Of a stretch of 64,000 bases of DNA, positions 36,230 through 44,831 are shown piece by piece (within the stretch, counting starts at the first letter, position 1; each line of letters begins with the position of its first letter). The position numbers and the translations under genes are program-made. The stretch comes from Candidatus Pacearchaeota archaeon (GTDB lineage Archaea > Nanobdellota > Nanobdellia > Pacearchaeales > GW2011-AR1): contig SICV01000001.1 in the NCBI GenBank assembly GCA_009694725.1, positions 65,219 to 129,218 on the forward strand. The letters run 5' to 3'. Under the pieces are notes generated by a model that did no database searches, was not told the DNA's origin, and worked only from the letters and a program-made list of their open reading frames with translations.

Positions 36230-36390
36230 TTACGGCGAACTGGTCTAAAGGTGTGTCCTTTACAGCCAGGGCATCTCACTTTTTTTGCAATGACACGTGT
36301 TGGTTGCGTCCGTATTCTGCGATTACAATCGCGGCATACAAATACATTATTGAACATGCGTGCTTGAGCGATTGGAATTTTTGCAGCCAT
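36226..36390 (-). CDS. rpl40e: ribosomal protein eL40
   Basis: MAAKIPIAQARMFNNVFVCRDCNRRIRTQPTRVIAKKVRCPGCKGHTFRPVRRK. CxxC...CxxC. The ORF-track start at 36435 was trimmed. 1-nt overlap with the aIF5A stop. Confidence 0.8.
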   Translation of the reverse strand: MAAKIPIAQARMFNNVFVCRDCNRRIRTQPTRVIAKKVRCPGCKGHTFRPVRRK

Positions 36391-36782
36391 TAGAAGACCC
36401 TCATGACTACTTTTTCTTGACTTTCGACATCCCAATATTCAACTTGTGCTTCAGCAACTAATTTATCTTTTAGTTCTTCATCATATGCAAGTTCAAGTGT
36501 TTCAAAACTTTCAAGATCCATAATAGATACCTTTGCACCATCTAAAGATAAGACTTGTGCACGTTTCTTTAAAATTAAGGGTACATCAAATCGCGTATCT
36601 CCGGGAACAGCGATAATTTTCTTTTTACCTGAAAAAATTTCACGGCATTCAAGACGACATTTACTTGCCCCATGTTTACCCGTTTTACTAATATCATTAC
36701 TGGTGACTGTAACAGCATGTCCTTCAAAGAGGAACGTTGTTCCTGGACTACATGAATGCGCGTTGATTAACTTTAATACCAT
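36390..36782 (-). CDS. aif5A: translation initiation factor 5A
   Basis: Hypusination loop SKTGKHGASK. 130 aa. Confidence 0.85.
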   Translation of the reverse strand: MVLKLINAHSCSPGTTFLFEGHAVTVTSNDISKTGKHGASKCRLECREIFSGKKKIIAVPGDTRFDVPLILKKRAQVLSLDGAKVSIMDLESFETLELAYDEELKDKLVAEAQVEYWDVESQEKVVMRVF

Positions 36783-36910
36783 AGCTATCCGAGGGAAAAA
36801 GTCATTTATAAAGCTTATTGGAGAAGCTTGTCACCCCTTTTTTTAAGTGATAGGGAGGATTCAGACTTAAATAGGGTGAACGCATAAGAAGTACGCTTGG
36901 ATAGCTTATC

Positions 36911-37738
36911 ATGAACAACTTATTTCCGTATTCTGCTTTTGGATCAGGATTACTTTTGGGAGGAATACTTTCACTCTCGGGCGCTGAGCCCGTTCAGCCC
37001 TCGTTTCCTACACGTACTGCGCCTACCAATGCTCCTGCAGTGATTCGCCCCCTCCCTCTTACGTTATCTCCCTTGCCCTATTTTCAGCAACCTTTTACTT
37101 CCATGTTTCAACAACGATTGAGTGAACGTGCGATTGACCCTCTCTCCCCTATAACGTTACAATCTGCAACCATAAATCCTGCAGCATATGAATCATTCAA
37201 TCAGTTAGGAAAATCAATTGTTGAAGGCGCTGCACGGCAAACCGTGCGCGATTGGATGGTTGGAAGAGTATTGCCGACCCTTTCGCTCTATGATAAACCC
37301 CTTACCGAAGTGGGCAATGGATTTATTTTAGGAAGTATTCAAGGAATGCAACGAAGGGATCTTGAGCCGTTGACCAGTGTCTATCGATTAGAACAAGATA
37401 CTATCTTTCGTCCGCAAGAACTCAATCCCTTAGCTTATACGTGGGGTATTGATCCTTTTCGATTAGATCCGAAGATACATGCCACTCTTGCAACTCGTGA
37501 CGCTACCCGGGTCTTTCGTTTGAACACAAGTCATAAAGCTGGTGAACTTAGTTTTGATGTGCATGATACTCTCGCATTCGTACGTTTAGGTGTACGAAGT
37601 GAGTATACTGATTTCAATAATAGCAGTTCTGCATTTATTTCAGTTACTCCGCGTTATCGACTGCCACTTAATCTAAGCTTCGGGAGTAACATGAAAGGTG
37701 ACGTGACTGCTTCAGCCGGATTACATTTTAGATTCTAA
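36911..37738 (+). CDS. secreted hypothetical protein with amphipathic beta-strand-like C-terminus ending in Phe
   Basis: Signal-like N-terminus (GLLLGGILSLSGAEP). C-terminus is ...LNLSFGSNMKGDVTASAGLHFRF. Confidence 0.4.
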   Translation: MNNLFPYSAFGSGLLLGGILSLSGAEPVQPSFPTRTAPTNAPAVIRPLPLTLSPLPYFQQPFTSMFQQRLSERAIDPLSPITLQSATINPAAYESFNQLGKSIVEGAARQTVRDWMVGRVLPTLSLYDKPLTEVGNGFILGSIQGMQRRDLEPLTSVYRLEQDTIFRPQELNPLAYTWGIDPFRLDPKIHATLATRDATRVFRLNTSHKAGELSFDVHDTLAFVRLGVRSEYTDFNNSSSAFISVTPRYRLPLNLSFGSNMKGDVTASAGLHFRF

Positions 37739-37762
37739 CGGTATATTTATAAAACGGTTTCC

Positions 37763-38422
37763 ATGAGAAAAAGTATGGCTCTTGCTTTGGGTTCCTGTGT
37801 ACAACTCTCATATACCGGGTATATTAATAATGTGGTATTTGATAGTACTGTTCCTGCACAGGTTACCCGATTGAATCCGCACGCAACTACCCAACCGGCA
37901 GTCGTTATTGTGGGTGAAGGAATGATTGTCAAAGGATTAGATGACTCATTACTAGGAAAGAACGTTGGTCAATCCTATTCTCTTACGCTCCAACCAAACG
38001 AAGCATTTGGAGAACGTAAAACAAATTTGGTAAAAACTATTCCCTTAAAACTGTTCACTGCTAAAGGCGTGACTCCTCGCCCTGGACAGACGCTTAAACT
38101 AGATGAGATGTTAGTTCGCATCATTACTGTTTCAGGTGCGCGTGTGGTCACCGATTTCAATAACCCCCTTGCGGGAAAAACAGTACGGTATGATGTAACG
38201 ATTGATTCTCTTGTTACTGATGAACATCAAAGAGCTCGTGCGGTGTTCCAAGCGGTGTGTAAATTTATCCCTGCATTTACGGTACGTGATGTAGTAACCG
38301 TAGAAATGCCTGCTGCCCTTGAACAGTATATGCTGAGTTTTGGAGAGAATTTCAAAAAATTAATGGGTAAACCTCTTGCATTCAAAGCAGTTGCAGGTAA
38401 AGAAGCTCAAACAGCACAATAA
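37763..38422 (+). CDS. FKBP-type peptidyl-prolyl isomerase (SlyD-like, with insert-in-flap domain)
   Basis: YTGYINNVVFDST, GLDDSLLGKNVG and DFNNPLAGKTVRYDVTI motifs. The start may be M at 37775. Confidence 0.8.
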   Translation: MRKSMALALGSCVQLSYTGYINNVVFDSTVPAQVTRLNPHATTQPAVVIVGEGMIVKGLDDSLLGKNVGQSYSLTLQPNEAFGERKTNLVKTIPLKLFTAKGVTPRPGQTLKLDEMLVRIITVSGARVVTDFNNPLAGKTVRYDVTIDSLVTDEHQRARAVFQAVCKFIPAFTVRDVVTVEMPAALEQYMLSFGENFKKLMGKPLAFKAVAGKEAQTAQ

Positions 38423-38432
38423 TCCTTATAAG
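38419..38432 (+). promoter_or_regulatory. BRE/TATA element ATAATCCTTATAAG (ftsZ promoter)
   Basis: Fourth copy of the RTAATCCTTWWAAG element. Ends 22 nt before ATG 38454. Confidence 0.5.
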
Positions 38433-38453
38433 CGCCCAGACCCGATTTTAGTT

Positions 38454-39545
38454 ATGGCTGAGGTTTTTTCTGAAGATATGCATCCTACAAGTGATATTGA
38501 TAAAGAACTTGCTGCATTGTTACAACGCCAAGGTGCCCGTATTAAGGTTATTGGATGTGGAGGGGGAGGGGGGAACTCGGTGAGTAGAATGAAAGAAGCA
38601 GGGATTAAAGGGTGTGAAATTATTGCGATTAACACAGATGCACAAGATTTGTTATATGCGAATGTGGACCATAAAATTTTGATTGGACGTGAGAGCACGC
38701 ATGGATTGGGAGCAGGAAGTAATCCTAAATTAGGAGAACAGGCTGCTCGGGAAAGTGAGCAAGAAATTAAGAAACGTCTTGCAGATACAGACATGGTGTT
38801 CGTCACCTGTGGTTTAGGAGGGGGGACCGGTACTGGAAGTGCTCCTGTTGCTGCAGATATTGCGAAGAAACATGGAGCATTAGTGATTGGAATTGTGACA
38901 TTACCGTTTACAGTTGAAGGACAGAGGCGTATTGAAAATGCGCAATGGGGTTTAGAGCGCATGATATCTGTATGCGATACATTGATTGTTATTCCGAATG
39001 ATAAGTTATTAGAAATTGCTCCTGAGTTACCGATTCATACCGCATTTAAAGTTGCAGATGAAATTTTAACGAATTCAGTAAAGGGCATTACTGAACTTGT
39101 CACGAAAGCAGGATTGGTGAATCTTGATTTTGCCGATGTGAAAGCCGTGATGTCTAATGGGGGCGTTTCGTTAATTGGTATTGGAGAAGCAGATACAAAA
39201 GATCGTGCGCGTGATGCAGTGTATAAAGCAATTAATAATCCGTTGTTGGATGTAGATATTACCAATGCTTCTGGTGCTCTCGTCAATATTGTGGGCGGGC
39301 CTGATATGTCTCTTGATGAATATAAACAAGTGATGGAGATTATTGGGGAAAAAGTTGCCCCTGATGCAAAAATTATTTCTGGAGCACAAATTTCTCCCGA
39401 TATGGATAAATCGATTCGCGTTCTCTTGATTGTTACCGGTGTTAAATCGTCACAAATTATTGGCATATCTACCGAATTAACCACAAAACAACAAGATGAA
39501 TTGACTAGAGATTTGGGCATTGACTTTGTTGAAGAGAAGAAATAG
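38454..39545 (+). CDS. ftsZ: cell division GTPase FtsZ
   Basis: IKVIGCGGGGGN, NTDAQ and the GLGGGTGTGSAPV tubulin signature. The ORF-track start at 38376 overlaps the FKBP gene and was trimmed to MAEVF. Confidence 0.9.
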   Translation: MAEVFSEDMHPTSDIDKELAALLQRQGARIKVIGCGGGGGNSVSRMKEAGIKGCEIIAINTDAQDLLYANVDHKILIGRESTHGLGAGSNPKLGEQAARESEQEIKKRLADTDMVFVTCGLGGGTGTGSAPVAADIAKKHGALVIGIVTLPFTVEGQRRIENAQWGLERMISVCDTLIVIPNDKLLEIAPELPIHTAFKVADEILTNSVKGITELVTKAGLVNLDFADVKAVMSNGGVSLIGIGEADTKDRARDAVYKAINNPLLDVDITNASGALVNIVGGPDMSLDEYKQVMEIIGEKVAPDAKIISGAQISPDMDKSIRVLLIVTGVKSSQIIGISTELTTKQQDELTRDLGIDFVEEKK

Positions 39546-39588
39546 TGCTTACCACATTCTTTAAATAAGCCCTCGGAATACTCTTTGT

Positions 39589-39786
39589 ATGGAAAACGTT
39601 ATTCCTCAAGCAACGTGGAAGACAAAAGTGCACTCGTTTATTGTGCAATCGGTACGTGTGTGGCATGTCTTAAAGAAACCAAGTTCTGATGAGTTTAAGA
39701 TGGTAGCAAAAGTATCAGGTATCGGTATTCTTGCCCTGGGAGCTTTGGGTTTTATCATTTCCGACATTATCAAACTGGTAACATAA
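39589..39786 (+). CDS. secE: protein translocase subunit SecE (Sec61-gamma)
   Basis: 65 aa. VRVWHVLKKPSSDEF followed by a single C-terminal TM. Conserved position after ftsZ and before ribosomal genes. Confidence 0.75.
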   Translation: MENVIPQATWKTKVHSFIVQSVRVWHVLKKPSSDEFKMVAKVSGIGILALGALGFIISDIIKLVT

Positions 39787-39892
39787 GCTTTAAATAGCGC
39801 TGTCTGGATGAGAAATCAACTACATACGATACGCTTCGGTTTCTGAAGTGCGCTCGTTCAGGTAGGAGATCAGCCGAAAGGCACATCGAACC

Positions 39893-40510
39893 ATGGAATT
39901 ACCAGAAGCACTCCAAATACTCAGAAAGCAAGATAAACGTGGCTTTAGCCAGAGTATCGATTTGATTATTACTCTCAAAGGTATTGACCCGAAGAAAGAA
40001 ACCTATTCCACTATTATTACGATGCCTCATGCATTCAAGAAGAAGAACGTATTTGGTTTCTTTACGAAGAAAAGCGAGTTATGTGAAGGCATTACTGCCC
40101 TTGATTTTGCTAAATACAAAGATGCTAAACTTGCTAAGAAATTAGTAAAAAAATATGATATTTTTGTTGCACATGCAAAGCTGATGCCGCAAGTTGCCGC
40201 AGTGTTTGGGAGAGTTCTTGGACCAACCGGTAAAATGCCTTCTCCTCAATTAGGCGTCTTAATGAGTGAAGATGATGCGCAATTAAAAGCATTATTAGGA
40301 AAAATTGACAATGCACTTAAAATTAGAGTAAAGGAATTATCGGTAAAGGCCAGCATTGGTAACGAATCTATGAAAGATATTGAACTTGCAGAAAATATTA
40401 CCTCCTTATATCAAGGCCTTATTGCTGTTTTACCTGTTAAGAAGGATAATGTCCGACGTGTATTGATTAAAACCACCATGGGTCCCCCTGTTGAAGTGAG
40501 GATGGCCTAA
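39893..40510 (+). CDS. rpl1: ribosomal protein uL1
   Basis: FSQSIDLIITLKGIDPKK...GRVLGPTGKMPSP are canonical uL1 motifs. Confidence 0.9.
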   Translation: MELPEALQILRKQDKRGFSQSIDLIITLKGIDPKKETYSTIITMPHAFKKKNVFGFFTKKSELCEGITALDFAKYKDAKLAKKLVKKYDIFVAHAKLMPQVAAVFGRVLGPTGKMPSPQLGVLMSEDDAQLKALLGKIDNALKIRVKELSVKASIGNESMKDIELAENITSLYQGLIAVLPVKKDNVRRVLIKTTMGPPVEVRMA

Positions 40511-41307
40511 TGGCGCAGGTACAACGAACCAAGGATATTCCTGAATATAAACTCAAACTTGTTACTGAACTTGCAAAAGAAATTAAGCAATCTAAAACAG
40601 TTTTAATTGCAAGTACGAGTAAATTACCAAGTTCTCAATTTCATGCAATCAAGAAGAAACTTCGTGCGCACGCACTTATTCGAGTTGCTCGTAAGTCTGC
40701 TGTTGTTCGGGCAATTCAAGCAGTATCTAAGGCAGGGTTACAACCCCTTATCGATCATGTTCAATCCGATGTTGCACTTTTTTTCTCTCAAGAAGATGCG
40801 TTTACCCTTTCTGGTTTATTGAGCGATAATAAAAGCCCGACTAAAGCAAAAGCAGGCGATATTGCCCCTATGGACATTCAAGTTGAACCTGGTCCAACAG
40901 ATATGGTTCCGGGTCCGGCCATCTCTGAACTTTCGGGTGTTGGATTGAAAGTAGCTGTTGAAGGCGGTAAATTAGCTATCAAACAACCGCACGTGATTGT
41001 TAGAGCTGGCCAAATCATCAAAGATAATGTTGCGAGTGTTATGGGTAAATTGAATATCTTGCCGATGAGTGTTGGCTTTGAACCGCTTGCTGCATACGAT
41101 AGTGTTGCAGACAAAGTGTATGTAGGCATTAAAATTGATAAAAAAGCATTCTTGGAAGCATTCCGTTCTGATATAGGGAAGAGTCGAGGTTTTGCACTAG
41201 GTTTGAATTATATTTCCTCAGACACTATCATCGCATTAGTGCATAAGGCCGCACGCCATGAGAAAGCTCTTGCCTTAAAATTATCAAGTACAAAGGAGGG
41301 CGCATAA
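40510..41307 (+). CDS. rpl10: ribosomal stalk protein P0 (uL10), short form lacking a C-terminal hinge and tail
   Basis: IPEYKLKLVTELAKEIKQSKTVLIAS... is typical P0. Only 265 aa, ending ...ALKLSSTKEGA with no Ala-rich hinge or GLxxLFG-type end. Confidence 0.85.
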   Translation: MAQVQRTKDIPEYKLKLVTELAKEIKQSKTVLIASTSKLPSSQFHAIKKKLRAHALIRVARKSAVVRAIQAVSKAGLQPLIDHVQSDVALFFSQEDAFTLSGLLSDNKSPTKAKAGDIAPMDIQVEPGPTDMVPGPAISELSGVGLKVAVEGGKLAIKQPHVIVRAGQIIKDNVASVMGKLNILPMSVGFEPLAAYDSVADKVYVGIKIDKKAFLEAFRSDIGKSRGFALGLNYISSDTIIALVHKAARHEKALALKLSSTKEGA

Positions 41308-41585
41308 TGGAATATATCTACGCAGCTTTACTTTTACATAAGCTTGGCCAATCAGTTACTGAAGATAACGTTACAAAAGTTATCAAAGCAGCTGGCGCTT
41401 CAGTTGATGAAGCAAAAGTCAAGACAATGCTCGCGAGCCTACAAGGAATTGACATTGCAACAGAACTTGCTAACGCAAGTACTGCCGTTGCAGCAGCTCC
41501 TGCAGCAGCTCCAAAAGCAGAAGAGAAGAAAGCAGAAGAGAAGCCGGTTGAATCTGCAGCTGGTCTTGCATCTTTATTCGGATAA
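41307..41585 (+). CDS. rpl12: ribosomal stalk protein P1 (archaeal L12)
   Basis: MEYIYAALLLHKLGQ..., an Ala/Pro hinge, EEKKAEEK, and terminal AAGLASLFG. Confidence 0.85.
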   Translation: MEYIYAALLLHKLGQSVTEDNVTKVIKAAGASVDEAKVKTMLASLQGIDIATELANASTAVAAAPAAAPKAEEKKAEEKPVESAAGLASLFG

Positions 41586-41769
41586 TCCCTGTTGGGCCCT
41601 CTGAATTGTATGTAAGCACTCCAGCAGTAGCTGGTTTCTCCTCGTGGTAGCTTTGAGCACGTTATTTTTTATTTTTGCTTGAAGATACCTTTTATTTTAT
41701 GAAAGAATTTCCCCTTCTCTTTTTGATAAGCACTTATATTTAAATAAGAAGAAACGTGAGTTGTGGTAA

Positions 41770-41851
41770 GCCGACATGGGACAATGGCACTCCGCTTGTC
41801 TTGAGAACAAGTTTCCTTCGGGATTTCCCGGTTCGATTCCGGGTGTCGGCG
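41770..41851 (+). tRNA. tRNA-Ser (anticodon UGA), class II with long variable arm
   Basis: Acceptor GCCGACA/TGTCGGC, anticodon stem CTTGT/ACAAG with loop CTTGAGA, variable arm TCC-TTCG-GGA, T-arm CCCGG-TTCGATT-CCGGG, discriminator G. Followed by an oligo-T tract. Confidence 0.85.
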
Positions 41852-41876
41852 TTTTTATTTTTTTAAAAGTGAGTTG

Positions 41877-42149
41877 TTACAAACCAAACCACTTTTTCCA
41901 GAAGGGTTTGTCGGCTACTGGCAATTCAGCAACTGGCTCTGAGTCATAGGTAATCGAGGGAGCAGTTTTAAGAACGGGGGCTTCACGAGCGAGGTCATCT
42001 TCGGTCTTCTTGAGTGCCTTTTCTACTTCCATACGGGAATGTCCTTGATTCACTAAGGCCCATTTCAATGATTCTTTGGTGTATCCCTTCTTGAGATTTT
42101 TACGAATGTATTCTGAGAGGTCTCCGAGATAATCCCCTTTCTTTTTCAT
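41877..42149 (-). CDS. small hypothetical protein with N-terminal helical domain
   Basis: 90 aa. YIRKNLKKGYTKESLKWALVNQGHSRMEVEKAL is related to the N-terminus of the 15873-16259 product. Confidence 0.4.
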   Translation of the reverse strand: MKKKGDYLGDLSEYIRKNLKKGYTKESLKWALVNQGHSRMEVEKALKKTEDDLAREAPVLKTAPSITYDSEPVAELPVADKPFWKKWFGL

Positions 42150-42179
42150 AGTAGTGTGTCTTCTTTCTCCCTTAAAAAG

Positions 42180-43235
42180 TTATTGCTGTTTCCCCGGCGT
42201 GTGATCTTTGTCAGCAATGAGGTCATAAAACGTTCTATCTTTATAGGTTTTGAGGAATGTCAGGAAGTAAGCGACAATTAAGGGGCCTAGTAAGAGCCCG
42301 ACGATACCTAAGAAAAAGAATCCGCCAATCATTGCTACCAAAATAATTGCTGGAGAGATATTTGTTTTACGTGAAATGAGATATGTTCTGAGGAAATTGT
42401 CTACAAAAGACACGATAATTACGTTATAGAGAATATACCATATGCCCTTCGTTGATTCTCCTGAGGCTAACATAAATATACCAATAGGGACCCAGAGGAC
42501 AAAGGGGCCGATAATAGGGAGGATGGAGAGAAATATTGCTAAGACGGTTAAGGCAAGGGCATTTTTGACCCCAAAAATGAGAAATCCTAATCCTGCAAGT
42601 CCCCCTTGGACTAACCCTACAATTATTTGACCATACACTACAGAGTCAGTAATATCTTTGAATTGTTGCACTAGAATCTTTTCATGCGAATGCGAGAATG
42701 GGGATAATGCTGAAATAAATTCGCGTAATTTATCTCCATCGCGTAACGCGAAGAAAAATACAAAAAAGATAATAAAAAGATGAAGGGAAATGGTTGGTAT
42801 CTCTAAAAATAGTTTATTCATTGATGCAAGTAACGTCGTTACTATTTCTGCTACAAAGTTATTGACACTAATTGATAGTTGAGAAATAAATTGCTCAGAA
42901 GCTGTTGGAAAGAGTGCATTGATCATGCTTGAAAGATTTGCTTTTTGGAAAAATGTGTAGACATCAAACACTTGCTGAAGCATAACCGGCATTACAAACC
43001 AGAGTGGAAAAGCAACAAGACCGATAATAAGTGCAGAAACTATAAATGCATTTATTGTTGGATTGTGAATCCATCTCTTTGCCCAACAAAAGGTAGGGGT
43101 AAAGACGTACGCAAGAATTAATCCACCCACAATACTTACCAATACTGGTTTTACTAAGAAAAAAACAAGAATTGCAAGAATAGCAAGTGCAATTCCAACT
43201 GCAATTTTCTTTACATCTTTATCATCAATCTGCAT
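42180..43235 (-). CDS. AI-2E family (PerM/UPF0118) transporter
   Basis: 351 aa, polytopic. Topology and the C-terminal GxxGxxxGP-rich segments are typical of the family. Confidence 0.7.
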   Translation of the reverse strand: MQIDDKDVKKIAVGIALAILAILVFFLVKPVLVSIVGGLILAYVFTPTFCWAKRWIHNPTINAFIVSALIIGLVAFPLWFVMPVMLQQVFDVYTFFQKANLSSMINALFPTASEQFISQLSISVNNFVAEIVTTLLASMNKLFLEIPTISLHLFIIFFVFFFALRDGDKLREFISALSPFSHSHEKILVQQFKDITDSVVYGQIIVGLVQGGLAGLGFLIFGVKNALALTVLAIFLSILPIIGPFVLWVPIGIFMLASGESTKGIWYILYNVIIVSFVDNFLRTYLISRKTNISPAIILVAMIGGFFFLGIVGLLLGPLIVAYFLTFLKTYKDRTFYDLIADKDHTPGKQQ

Positions 43236-43315
43236 TTATTCTCAAGCGGTCAGAGTTATATAAAGTATTCGTTAGAAAGGGAATGTTTTATAAACGATTT
43301 TTGTAATGACTCGCT

Positions 43316-44020
43316 ATGACGTTTGTATTAGAATCAATTGCACGCAACGTAAAGGATGCAACTGTGCATGATGCATTCATCAAATATAGCAAAGGTACTT
43401 TTCGTCAGCGCTATTTGGTTCAATCTAAAAAAGGAAAAGAGGGTTGGACACTAAAAACGAGCGCCGATTATGTGAATAGCATTGTGCACGCAGGGCTTGA
43501 GCGGGCGTCGGGCAGTATTCGAGTCACCGGGGCAATTATTGCCACGTTTAAAGTTGCCGAACATGCAACCTTTCCCACTCAAGGTTTGAAACAATTTATG
43601 GGTATTAAACAAACCTTGGTTGATGATGATATTCCTGTTGCTCAACTACTTGACCTCATGCAAAAACAGCCTCGCGCATTTTATGCACTTTCGTTTTCAT
43701 TCCCAGGAGGAAGTATCAAGACTAAAGCAAAGGCCCCTAAGAGCGCAAAGCCTTCAACAAAGGAAACAACCGAAGTTAAACCTGATTTTTGTGTTTTGAA
43801 AACACTTGATGAATCCTTTGTCAATCATATTTTATTGGATGTACCTGCTGCAAAGTCAGTAACGTTGTCACATAGTGTCGTTATTACTGATATTGAACTT
43901 CCACAGAATATAGCTGATCCTGTGCAATTACGTGAACAATCAATTCGTGTTGGCTCTATGGTGCGGACGTGCGTTGCCGACGATGTAACGACAAAAAAAG
44001 AGTATCCGTTTCGAGCTTAA
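43316..44020 (+). CDS. hypothetical protein
   Basis: 234-aa ORF with a leaderless promoter (TTTTATAAA ends 22 nt before the ATG). No motif recognised. Confidence 0.4.
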   Translation: MTFVLESIARNVKDATVHDAFIKYSKGTFRQRYLVQSKKGKEGWTLKTSADYVNSIVHAGLERASGSIRVTGAIIATFKVAEHATFPTQGLKQFMGIKQTLVDDDIPVAQLLDLMQKQPRAFYALSFSFPGGSIKTKAKAPKSAKPSTKETTEVKPDFCVLKTLDESFVNHILLDVPAAKSVTLSHSVVITDIELPQNIADPVQLREQSIRVGSMVRTCVADDVTTKKEYPFRA

Positions 44021-44559
44021 TACTCAATTCCTTTCCGGGCAAGTTTCCCTTGATCATAGGGATGTTTTATTTTTTTGATTTCGGTGACAAGATCTGCGTG
44101 CTCAAATAGCCGGGGATAAGCAACATGTGAACCGGTGAGGATGAGTTCTTGATTGGATGGTTTCTCTATGATGAGCGTGAGAATGTCTGCTTCGGTGCAG
44201 AGCCCTAGTTGAATGGCGTAGAGGAATTCATCCGCAATAATGATATCGTAGGTGCCAAATGATGCGCGAATATGCGTGAGTGCTTCCTGAAATGAGGCCA
44301 GTGCGTCATTATTCGGCTTACCGATTATCCATTCACCGGATCCGAATCGGTTATATGAGAAGCCTGGGAACTGTGAGAGTGCCTTGAGTTCTCCCGGATG
44401 TTCTATTTCAGGGTCTCCTGCCCCGTTTTTCATGCATTGGACAAGATGCACGGTGTAGCCATTTCCGACTGCACGTAATGCCGTGCCTAACGCTGCAGTT
44501 GTTTTTCCTTTTCCATCACCCCAAAAGATGCTCACGTGACCAAGATGTGACTTATCCAT
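44017..44559 (-). CDS. cobA: cob(I)yrinic acid a,c-diamide / cob(I)alamin adenosyltransferase (CobA/CobO/BtuR type)
   Basis: GDGKGKTTAALGTALRAVGNGYTVHLVQCMK P-loop region and DEFLYAI are typical of CobA. Confidence 0.8.
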   Translation of the reverse strand: MDKSHLGHVSIFWGDGKGKTTAALGTALRAVGNGYTVHLVQCMKNGAGDPEIEHPGELKALSQFPGFSYNRFGSGEWIIGKPNNDALASFQEALTHIRASFGTYDIIIADEFLYAIQLGLCTEADILTLIIEKPSNQELILTGSHVAYPRLFEHADLVTEIKKIKHPYDQGKLARKGIEY

Positions 44560-44633
44560 GCTCTTTCTTTCTTCGTGAGATTAAGTATATTTATATAGTT
44601 GTTCTTCATAGGTATCTTATACTGAGTACCCTT

Positions 44634-44831
44634 ATGAATACCTCTATGAATCCCCATAATAAGAAAATATTAGATTTGATACATAGCGAAGAAATAGTCA
44701 CCACTTCTGAAATTGCTGGTAACTTGGACATTTCTTGGAATACTGCAGATAGTTATCTTAAGGATCTTGCTCTCGATAATAAATTACGTCGAATCAAAAA
44801 AGAAGGAGTTACCTTATGGCTCAAAAAATGA
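44634..44831 (+). CDS. small winged-helix DNA-binding protein, first gene of the giant-protein cassette
   Basis: About 65 aa: ...KKILDLIHSEEIVTTSEIAGNLDISWNTADSYLKDLALDNKLRRIKKEGVTLW (HTH plus wing). Its 3' end overlaps the next gene by 16 nt. The start could be 44646. Confidence 0.5.
   Translation: MNTSMNPHNKKILDLIHSEEIVTTSEIAGNLDISWNTADSYLKDLALDNKLRRIKKEGVTLWLKK

Noticed and set aside
38376-38453. N-terminal extensions proposed by the ORF track. Examples: ftsZ from 38376, Alg14 from 8258, GT2 from 9069, rpl40e from 36435, sepF from 29829, pilin-like genes from 18735, 19237 and 20585.
   Set aside because: The extensions overlap upstream genes and lack family-conserved sequence. Internal ATGs sit at conserved promoter spacing or at stop/start coupling junctions.
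39787-39892. L1 autoregulatory mRNA element in the rpl1 leader.
   Set aside because: It is plausible from Methanococcus precedent. I could not identify a convincing mimic of the 23S rRNA L1-binding site without the rRNA sequence, so it is left as a suggestion only.
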